This document shows positions 12,001-15,784 of a DNA stretch of 32,000 bases, one piece after another; the first letter of the stretch is position 1; each line of letters begins with the position of its first letter. The DNA is from Mucisphaera calidilacus (lineage in GTDB: Bacteria > Planctomycetota > Phycisphaerae > Phycisphaerales > Phycisphaeraceae), in NCBI RefSeq assembly GCF_007748075.1, contig NZ_CP036280.1, positions 390,001 to 422,000 of the forward strand. Reading direction: 5' to 3'. The notes beneath the pieces are model-generated. The model worked only from the letters and a program-made list of their open reading frames with translations. It was not told where the DNA came from and did not search any database. The position numbers were made by a program, and so were the translations under genes.

Positions 12001-15000
12001 TGCCGACGGAACTATCTCAACGACCACACGCTCCGTCAACGGTGCCTACCACACCTATCTCGGTTCGGCGGGTGGTCTATTCCTCGCCGAAGACCCCATC
12101 ATCGTCGAGAATCTCAAGACCGTCGTTAACGCGGGTGACGTCAACGGCGACGGCCTCGAAGACCTTCTCGTGACGCGCGTCTTCGACGACGGCAAGACCA
12201 ACCAGACCAGTATTGACGTCTACTTCGGCGGCGACAGTCGTCCGAACCCAGAGGCAGCCTGGACTTACGACGCGACCGCCGACGGTCTCACGCAGGCCCT
12301 CAGCGCCCGGGGCAACGGTGACCTCAACGGTGACGGCTACGCCGATATCGTCATCAGCCCTGCGACCGGACCGGACGCCAAGGCAGTTGTCTTCTTCGGC
12401 TCACCCACGGGCCCGGACCTTGTCCCGACGACCTACACCGCCCCCGCTTACGCGGGCAACGACCCGACCACCGACGCCATCTTCGCTGGTGATCTCAACA
12501 ACGATGGCATCGACGACCTCGCCATCAGTGCAGGCTCTGAGAAGGGCGGCATCGTCTACGCCTACCTCGGCTCCGCGGGCGACATCAGCACCGACCAGCC
12601 CTGGATGACCTACACCGCCCCCGCAGGCACCAGCGGTTTCGGCTTCAACCTCCAGGCCGTTGGCGACAGCAACCACGACGGCTTCAACGACCTCGTGATC
12701 GCCGCGCTCGACAACAACGGCGACCGTGTCAACTATCTCGCCCTTGGTGGCAGTGACGCGACGCGACCACAGCTCCTAATCCTCGAAACGATCATTGACA
12801 GCCCCAACGCCAGCACACCCGAACGCCTCGTCACACCCGCCGCCGACTTCACGGGCGACGGTCACTACGACTTTGCTGTAACGGGCGGCACGCGTGGCGA
12901 ACTGGGCAGTGTTGATATCTACTACAGCCAACTCACCAACCTGTTCCCCGCCTTCCTCGACAGCGTTGAACTCGTACACAGCTACGCCACACCGGGTAAC
13001 TACAACATCACCGCACGCCTGCTCGATGGCGACGACAGCGTCGGCTCGCTCGCGCACCGTGTTACCGTCAGTGAAGACGTCACCGGGCCTGTCGCCACGC
13101 TGATCCGTCCGGCCAGCAACAGCCTCAGCCTCACCGATCCGGGCTTCGTCGATATCCGCTGGACAGCCGACCTCGGCATCGACAGCAAATCCATCGGAAC
13201 CAACGACATCACCATCGACGGCGTTTCCATCGACCGCGTCGAGTCACGCGGCGGCGGTGTCTACCGCTACCACTACGCCGACGACGCCGACCAACTCCCG
13301 GGCGGCGAGAACATCGTGAATCAGGCCGCCGGTGCCGTCACCGATGTGCAGGGCCAGCCCGCAGAGGCACGGCAGGTCGATTCCTTCTCCATCGGCACCC
13401 TTGCCGTCAGCATTCAGGGCCAGACCAGCATCGATCAGGGCGAGAACGCAGGCTTCACCGCCAGCGTCACCGATCTCACCAACGCCGGCCAGTACACCTA
13501 CGCATGGGACTTTGGCGACGGCACCGGGTTAACCGGCTCCGACACCGTTCAGCACACCTACGACAACAACGGCACCTATGCCGTCAGCCTCACCATCACC
13601 AACGGCGCCGGCCAGATCGCTTCCACATCCCTCACACTCACCGTCAACAACCTCGCCCCAACGATCGAAAGCCTTACCGGTGATACCGCTGGCGACGAGG
13701 GGCAGACCCTCAGCTTCGACGCCTCTGCCAGCGACCCCCAAGGCGGCAGCCTCACCTACACATGGGACTTCGGCGACGGCTCACAGGGACAGACCGGGCT
13801 CAACCTCACCAGCCCGTCGCACACCTACACCGACAACGGAAGCTACACCGTTTCTCTCACCGTTACCGACGGCCAGGGTGGCTCCGACAGCCAGACACGC
13901 AGCGTCACCATCAGCAACGTCGCGCCGACCATCCTCCAACTCAACGCGCCCGCCACGACCCAGCAGGGCAAGCTCATCACCCTGACCGCCCTCGCCTCAG
14001 ACCCCGGCGACGACACGCTTACCTACACGTGGGACCTCGGCGACGGAACCACCTACAGCGACTACACCGAGAACGACGTCTTCCACATCTACGAGACCCC
14101 GGGCACCTACACCGTCCAACTCACCGTGACGGACGACGATGGCGACAGCGTCTCGACCCTGCGAACCATCACCGTCGACAACGTTGCTCCCACTGTCGCA
14201 CCGATCGGCGGCACCACGACCGGCGTCGAGGGTGGCAGTTTCTTCTTCGCGAGCTTCGCCGAGGACGCGGGCAACTATTACACCTCACTTGACTACACGT
14301 GGGACTTCAACGACGGCACCGAGCCTGTCACCGGCCCGGATCTTTCTTCCGTCCAGCACACCTTCGTCGACGACGGGATCTACACCGTTTCTCTTACCGC
14401 TACCGACGCCCAGGGCGCGTCCACCACACGCACGCTGAACGTCACTGTCAGCAACGCGGCGCCCGTCATCAGCAACATCCAGTTCCCCGGATCCGCCACC
14501 CAGAATCAGTCGGTCACACTCACCGCCGACTTCACCGACGTCGGATTCGACGACAGCCACACCGCCACCATCGACTGGGGCGACGGCTCGACCTCTCAAG
14601 CGGTGGTGACGCCGACCATCGACGGTGCGGGCAGCCTTGCCGCCGATCACACCTACGACGTGCCCGGCAGCTTCAACGTCACCATCACCCTCAATGACGG
14701 ACGCGATGACGCCGTCGACGAGACGGCCATCACGATCACGCCAGCGGTCGTGCCGACGATCACCGGGACCGCCGTCAACAACGGCGACCCCCAGCGATCC
14801 GAGATCTATGTCATCACTGTCAACTTCAACACACCGGTTCACCTCGAGCCCAACGCGATTCGCGTGACCACACTCGGCAACGATGACGTCAGCGGCAGCG
14901 TCGCGCTCTCACCCGACCGCACCTCCGCAACCTTCTTCCTCGCACAGTCACTGGCCAACGGCACCTACAGGTTCATCGTTGACGCCAACCTCGTCACCGA

Positions 15001-15631
15001 CGATTTCGGCACACGCCTGGATGCCGGGTTGAGCCAATCCGTGATCAAGCTCGCGGGCGACTTCGACGGCAGCGGAACGCTCGGCAGCCCCGACCTCGAC
15101 CTGCTCTACAGCGGTTCCAGCGAGCAGAGTTATCTCGACCTCGACCGTGATCAGGACGTCGACGGACAGGACGCCGTTCTCTGGGCGACCGGATCGAGTT
15201 ACTTCAACACGCTGCCCGGTGACGCCAACCTCGACCGCACCGTCAACCTCCTCGACCTGAGTGCTCTGGCCAGCAGCTTCAACAGCACCACCTCGCGATG
15301 GACGCAGGGCGACTTCAATGGCGACGGAAGAACCAACCTTCTCGACCTCAGCGCTCTGGCCAGCAACTTCAATCAGGACGCCGAAGAACTGCCCGCTCCG
15401 CCGCCGATCACTCCCAGCACGCCCGGCCGTGTCGCGCAGACCCAGTACGACCAGCAGAGCGCTCAGCGATGGGGAGAGTCTCGTCGTCACACCGCCAGAC
15501 AGGACCTGCGTCTCTACGACGCCGATCAGGGTGTGCTTGGCGACGACAGAGACGACGACGTCTTCAGCACACACACGGCTTTGCCGGTCAACCCCGAATC
15601 CACCAGCCTGCAGCGTCTCGGGCTGCGTTGA
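1..15631 (+). CDS. Giant secreted/cell-surface mosaic adhesin-like protein, 5'-partial (>5,175 aa visible)
   Basis: One uninterrupted frame (phase of nt 2) runs from the left edge to TGA at 15629-15631. The 34 codons before the first ATG (104) have no stop and read VTIDVDAANGIFALTETSFIRGDANLVAGASPVA, the same repeat style as downstream, so the gene continues upstream. C/G-ending codon usage throughout. Modules are listed separately. Confidence 0.93.
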   Translation, partial: VTIDVDAANGIFALTETSFIRGDANLVAGASPVAMSSLDINSGDIADIAGVIDFADDNSTVSIETTNGIINVSGSIDAGDTLTLNGNTSGNVTTPVSVQITKLVYETVKQTFPTDDGGNAQFTIDQSGNPIDDFGFLLSINLGGQVELELDGVTPKRQLDAENNPILGDGPVYLTIDGDDNPVTVDKQGRKLELQGNGDYNLVDEAGQLLDEAGFVIDIDGVRLDANGDRINVFGYRVDANGNYLNSTGQTVNLYGQRVDANGNLLENDGADNWSGNLVNSAGYRVNSDGLLLNASDGLLNGVGAIRGAVDIGGTDYLTDPYGNLIDDNGELLDEAGFLINERGQRINTDGTPLSPIDTPVLGGNRVAVDPLTLEDPVAGNGTIDGGAPVTGAAPKGTTGHVVVDLPIRQSGGVVNTSAPDSQIIITGTTDIEISGMVGRAYMQAEETAVDTGSVSITSTTGEAYIRTDALVNAQDDISITAENVWALDESVVITRADHSTTSLVATGSGDDGKIFIARSEIYFFRALVSAAGQVHLQGKDINVWGTITVTGDYADPAETTRSAAHLEADRHILVRGEILSSGHADLDAGLADITGAIVVAAEGKIAAGFESDIPADITLDTPGEVSIQSYDDEANDDLQFAAPFVSYEPTFVDVVTGFRRVEDGFILRPVYYWIPTITTEQIGYDEVKVGSEFGSMEVRLEQDGYVYLDEDGKRVFREYFVEGVDYNVSDLNWDGKYNTGVFDYYVLDELNGFQLLDEIDGLDTVIDLVSDLVREDIGPIVTFAQGATAGTFVGNLTGSPLDILTGEPLNFLVNTFDAYSEADIVAAALTVADTLAIMNNDLYVFTDGIYTQTPTKAWSDLTDTERLNAILDYYDGFNPAEDSARKLFDVKMLSGFKKTVSTGIPPIFTLTNAYDGLSRADILATGSNLTIADNATFQFVANGDADADTITLLNGIMATSSFAPTLDGLIFEHAGSQQFVAGSFIDNVFQATQLPFNPGILGLDITTHETTKTYFDFWIDPDYAPEGLTQQQYVNEFLPATEILADYGNDIDALIADTFVAGLDYNAGYGDPNSDDYIASLFERMDQILLDLNYEKIYSADRGLGQINRNFEGTPTVALWDVDASSQARVYRDVTLDDGTGISLRAPQEWWDNYTVTAVGNNRTDPDSKTLQYVGNVETYDETVGQVREVAQLLYTQEWSAYTLGQPSNPDPGDRWYTDIIRDADDGISGHNPGGWVVDYLPTASTNWDEPLTAFQQYSINDGREHNALALPFISDIYTGFYEIGTLAVAEADIQLIQGATQLYDSLFAENIIASALNLNTVDKSVKVPWEIDWDRNDRGSVDGNGNTSGFESNWQYGVDINNNLVYGQRNIGNNLLPVEQGVNLEELSNSSRYIYDTAEGRIYQGRAYYLTNGTYTWDEARDLPNQYDWLSDYHLVNINDASENAYVDGLTGESIWLGGYNVNGTSHNSWYFDWDAGGRITHYSGYSNFHPSEPNNLNDEDHLQMWNGGLWNDLDGSNRLRAVLEREPQWGDITDFNETFRDYIYKMTTDWKDIEDIRSDITYRVFTQDHDISGRRPRYATVESTVPVIKLEAVTNWSYEPITQQAVQYTSSTVNPDGPVDLTIFDLDTLTASGDVIITAGDDALIDGSITASDAGGEIVITSANGNLTVGKDTPVNPTLRDVVNLTAAEAIELNADTGDVTVGETVTLIITGDEADGLAESGSLTIDAEQAVTLDAIVDAAGEILVSAGADITITSQLTAGSTITAIAGDDFSGSGSVILEPAVTDESMFSVGARLTATDSDGAITLIAGTFFGDITLYDSTLSAHTVTLEAQGGQITQTGDEATVPGNPTAALPDSAGQIIANTLYATAEIGIDLNNTSIAQVDAVVSGAGDLLLHDFISTDETLPFDTDGLVVLRLETADGSIELVTSGDTTLDNIRSLTDSPDNDITITVNTDGTGTPETGLGLIQTTGQGELLISVQGGLTHTGDRIAADSLTIEALGTVDIATSLASITVDMTGPGNLIIDNDSPDLTLTDVSVLNGDIHVTTTGDLTAQSITLIADWYVGPDPENPTQTLSKPNTITLETAAGSDGDITVVSINGGAYASTDTEANLVRLDMLNAVLRQIDTADIPAEFITEEAPEGEPAVSVIELTLAEAEELAAIVLNSFADDGAPDAMTAAVAQTIYNRVLALVQSVYAEDATGQADLPPGVSLLLSDADADTTQDAIDETLALLTLSKPISSFTAVQLIADGEVTGQDDNDPDITGGSLMIHAGGSITGLNTAVDSLVDIFSDRGTIVSINDSDGIGAATPGLLASVINAPLANTSINSIGGLVVGTAVGSNLNLATSLGDIFVTSSGEAMALTASGNINVSARNITLSGHVDTAGRLSVNALQTLDTFGQAVTVKANELFVNAGHAINLGGDLAGLETLDLTSLDDVNILDGSTDRPGLNVAPRTQSLQYLLLQDLNTNASQQAALERAIVDLELAVAQRQQGQQDALDILDASNLKTLLGTPLALQQIQLVSQLTSFENLITQQAEIPLLITQLPEYQTLLSTRATTLDSLEGAQSQLINDTERLITIDGNLDQLTLDLADVNSEIETQQSLSTGLTGVLDDILAEIANRPNFDEPTGSGEGAGVFDLDALQAIDLAALTDSQLAALRDDVTASRNLVNGQLDELFADRNRIQSLINAPQGQIGVVQIEVDGFQQIIDTAPAQIDALNLEINHLDGAITQSEIVIELANNPIDQLLPEIKRLQPYLDLFSKEYQGFYTDTLERDLSDEIAALQTEINSMQISINLLNNIFEVPFEDIGRLILDNLFEHADVLTPEYRQILNDYFEITGGKPYKDISPELAAVFSQARKDANRERGILQEMLPGRIKDLQTLQSQQEELEPDFRTLAYALGEVELQQLNKDLSAATNQRDDLQRDLNIAIESLPGAQSNLNNLVAERGQLNTTIAGLNSDILGFTTTLDNLVVQETSLHQQIDDNIQLVSSSRLNLGSDLLSDQSIQLDSLGQIFEAQILQTNDVIADTVDAYRDNLGADKAQLEQLKAQLNSLKTTGNSIAAQLQAAQNATGGATSIRIDAGGFTSEQDLSNFNLNLQNASSEETLDEGDPILREANSGYQVYRNVDTEELYYRAADDVENGDTNNRGDDAFYLWRDSVERDPQTEEAFYTDRATGLQYAWQQGVLDDFYAFDFSYSRSVLVDTTSETRTETRPDDGTSYTITLNHPLFEVTDQHGRLLIDADDPDTFISGFEDTQSAADHMFVTRELTPGQREVVSLTHALQDAIGGDVTIHILAEGESLPSLSEGDVVVRLLNFNPVFRQVPANEISYTNPDTYTDQVVEELPDDYQEYKHNGQVLEPVIIEQQGVLGVTAQSVSTTDFIYFFGSRIDGLNSELNLSTDDLRIQTIDTITSAAQLAGSTVARLVAGNAIDLLEGAQINGGDVILNAFNGQITGLEALVSGDDVEASASGGIQLGTDASTLLLYDNNGDIVILNTSASSSPIEVSEAFTSGNVQIVANNQIIIDEIEGATILANSTGAGLTLRSFIDATGNVFLAAARDIDDDQAGSQVNASFIAVSSGLNFLANTQQWSGETSTFTNYNLLLTQDMIDSGEFSNVDINGDIFIDDNLVSTQDINLSASNIRFGSNAALSTAGDLVLNATQSLILPAVQAATLDLDGLGGMSPTIAGRGLTLNAPVILNAERNLLAADTLTLETLDGLGLNLDARRVDAILNGLGSLDLNSLGSVELGDIQIAQGGINVDATGNIIARNISLDQNRYDAGVSLNTEGELLIDQLVLGVWNTLELNGTAANRNLSNTLDLNFSDAPPTDVTAGEELFLDLVALDPTRVFAAESGQLTLEINLGDGTTRTFSLNTATDTTTERRSNQTLTSSLADNTFGQTLAVGDVNGDGFDDLVVAQQDFSFGRLVFEDFGRVNVYHGDTKGLSNTPSQAFNGNTRFNGYGTSVAVLDLNGDGYDDMIVAEPGYQGFVTEQTVNADGTISTTTRSVNGAYHTYLGSAGGLFLAEDPIIVENLKTVVNAGDVNGDGLEDLLVTRVFDDGKTNQTSIDVYFGGDSRPNPEAAWTYDATADGLTQALSARGNGDLNGDGYADIVISPATGPDAKAVVFFGSPTGPDLVPTTYTAPAYAGNDPTTDAIFAGDLNNDGIDDLAISAGSEKGGIVYAYLGSAGDISTDQPWMTYTAPAGTSGFGFNLQAVGDSNHDGFNDLVIAALDNNGDRVNYLALGGSDATRPQLLILETIIDSPNASTPERLVTPAADFTGDGHYDFAVTGGTRGELGSVDIYYSQLTNLFPAFLDSVELVHSYATPGNYNITARLLDGDDSVGSLAHRVTVSEDVTGPVATLIRPASNSLSLTDPGFVDIRWTADLGIDSKSIGTNDITIDGVSIDRVESRGGGVYRYHYADDADQLPGGENIVNQAAGAVTDVQGQPAEARQVDSFSIGTLAVSIQGQTSIDQGENAGFTASVTDLTNAGQYTYAWDFGDGTGLTGSDTVQHTYDNNGTYAVSLTITNGAGQIASTSLTLTVNNLAPTIESLTGDTAGDEGQTLSFDASASDPQGGSLTYTWDFGDGSQGQTGLNLTSPSHTYTDNGSYTVSLTVTDGQGGSDSQTRSVTISNVAPTILQLNAPATTQQGKLITLTALASDPGDDTLTYTWDLGDGTTYSDYTENDVFHIYETPGTYTVQLTVTDDDGDSVSTLRTITVDNVAPTVAPIGGTTTGVEGGSFFFASFAEDAGNYYTSLDYTWDFNDGTEPVTGPDLSSVQHTFVDDGIYTVSLTATDAQGASTTRTLNVTVSNAAPVISNIQFPGSATQNQSVTLTADFTDVGFDDSHTATIDWGDGSTSQAVVTPTIDGAGSLAADHTYDVPGSFNVTITLNDGRDDAVDETAITITPAVVPTITGTAVNNGDPQRSEIYVITVNFNTPVHLEPNAIRVTTLGNDDVSGSVALSPDRTSATFFLAQSLANGTYRFIVDANLVTDDFGTRLDAGLSQSVIKLAGDFDGSGTLGSPDLDLLYSGSSEQSYLDLDRDQDVDGQDAVLWATGSSYFNTLPGDANLDRTVNLLDLSALASSFNSTTSRWTQGDFNGDGRTNLLDLSALASNFNQDAEELPAPPPITPSTPGRVAQTQYDQQSAQRWGESRRHTARQDLRLYDADQGVLGDDRDDDVFSTHTALPVNPESTSLQRLGLR
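583..1065 (+). repeat. About 14 short degenerate repeats, G-x-(R/L)-(V/I/L)-(D/N)-x-(N/D)-G, every 9-12 residues (beta-hairpin-type; YD/Rhs-like or cell-wall/glucan-binding-repeat-like, unresolved)
   Basis: Translation reads DEAGQLLDEAGFVIDIDGVRLDANGDRINVFGYRVDANGNYLNSTGQTVNLYGQRVDANGNLLEN ... NSAGYRVNSDGLLLNASDGLLNG ... DPYGNLIDDNGELLDEAGFLINERGQRINTDG. Confidence 0.5.
1232..1900 (+). repeat. Beta-helix-like repeat array 1 (haemagglutinin/autotransporter-passenger-style degenerate repeats)
   Basis: Runs such as IIITGTTDIEISG, GSVSITSTTGEAYIRTDALVNAQDDISITAENV, QVHLQGKDINVWGTITVTG and GAIVVAAEGKIAAG. Alternating hydrophobic/polar pattern with G/D/T/N turns. Confidence 0.5.
4205..4590 (+). 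other. C-type lectin-like domain with EPN and WND motifs, lacking all canonical cysteines
   Basis: YYLTNGTYTWDEARDL ... HLVNINDASENAYV ... IWLGGYN ... WYFDWDAGG ... YSNFHPSEPNN (EPN = 4484-4492) ... EDHLQMWNGGLWNDLDGS (WND = 4538-4546) matches the CTLD consensus order. No Cys is present. Confidence 0.7.
4870..7350 (+). repeat. Beta-helix-like repeat array 2, interrupted around 6300-6760 by a helical A/L/E-rich insert
   Basis: Repeats such as SGDVIITAGDDALIDGSITASDAGGEIVITSANGNLTVG, GDVTVGETVTLIITG, GEILVSAGADITITSQLTAGSTITAIAG, GDIHVTTTGDLTAQSITLIA and SGNINVSARNITLSGHVDTAGRLSVNA. Confidence 0.55.
7379..9235 (+). other. Segmented coiled-coil region of about 615 aa (Q/L/E/D/N-rich heptad-like sequence)
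   Basis: From QSLQYLLLQDLNTNASQQAALERAIVDLELAVAQRQQGQQDAL through LEQLKAQLNSLKTTGNSIAAQLQAAQNA. Glycine and proline are far sparser than in the flanking repeat arrays, clustering mainly at short breaks such as NRPNFDEPTGSGEGAG and TGGKPYKDISPE. Composition shifts abruptly relative to the flanking G/D/T-rich arrays. Confidence 0.65.
10120..11490 (+). repeat. Beta-helix-like repeat array 3
   Basis: LNLSTDDLRIQTIDTITSA, GAQINGGDVILNAFNGQITG, GNVQIVANNQIIIDEIEG, NIRFGSNAALSTAGDLVLNATQSLILP and GGINVDATGNIIARNISLD. Confidence 0.5.
11684..12935 (+). repeat. Seven FG-GAP/VCBS-type repeats (integrin-alpha-like 7-bladed beta-propeller)
   Basis: Seven Ca-binding-type loops at roughly 180-nt spacing: GDVNGDGFDDLVVA (11726), LDLNGDGYDDMIVA (11921), GDVNGDGLEDLLVT (12134), GDLNGDGYADIVIS (12313), GDLNNDGIDDLAIS (12488), GDSNHDGFNDLVIA (12662) and ADFTGDGHYDFAVT (12841). 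Each is followed by a (V/I)Y(H/F/L)G-type strand. Confidence 0.8.
13401..14743 (+). repeat. Five tandem PKD domains
   Basis: Five units of about 87 aa, each with (Y)TWDFGDG / TIDWGDG and H(T)Y...G.Y.V.LT(V)TD motifs, separated by N(V/L/A)AP(T/V)I linkers. Example: YTWDFGDGSQGQTGLNLTSPSHTYTDNGSYTVSLTVTDGQGGSDSQTRSVTISNVAPTI. Confidence 0.85.
15052..15375 (+). repeat. Dockerin-like EF-hand repeats (two pairs) at the C-terminus of the giant protein
   Basis: GDFDGSGTLGSPDLDLLY, LDRDQDVDGQDAVLW, GDANLDRTVNLLDLSALASSFN and GDFNGDGRTNLLDLSALASNFN. Same cassette as in four downstream proteins. Confidence 0.7.
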
Positions 15632-15784
15632 TGCCGTGCCCGGCAGGCATGAGGAGTCGTGACGGCGAAGCCGCTTGTGATCTCGGTCTGTCGGCCGCCA
15701 TCGACAGCGATGACTTTATTGATCTGATCACCCGACCCCTTGGACCATCCTTCATGGGCCTCGCCCTGTTCAATAATCGCAACG

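Noticed and set aside
13401-14743. Periodicity of about 260 nt in the DNA that could be mistaken for a tandem or CRISPR-like repeat array.
   Set aside because: The periodicity is in-frame and encodes five diverged PKD domains. The units are not identical at DNA level and there is no repeat-spacer structure.
1-15631. Classifying the giant protein as an RTX toxin/T1SS substrate or as a TpsA (two-partner secretion) haemagglutinin.
   Set aside because: No GGxGxD nonapeptide runs are present. The acidic loops are FG-GAP or dockerin-type instead. The N-terminus, where a TPS domain or signal would sit, is outside the window, and no TpsB or T1SS genes are nearby. The secretion route is left open.
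15639-15658. Imperfect inverted repeat ATGCCGTGCCCGGCAGGCAT just after the giant gene stop, considered as a terminator.
   Set aside because: The stem is interrupted, the loop would be too small, and no T-run follows on either strand. I could not identify a convincing terminator in the 15632-15784 convergent gap.
15380-15662. Possible frameshift that would restore a PEP-CTERM helix plus Arg cluster at the end of the giant gene.
   Set aside because: Both alternative frames (ORFs 15261-15662 and 15298-15843) translate to Arg/Pro/Ser-rich sequence without a hydrophobic span after the PEP-like motif.
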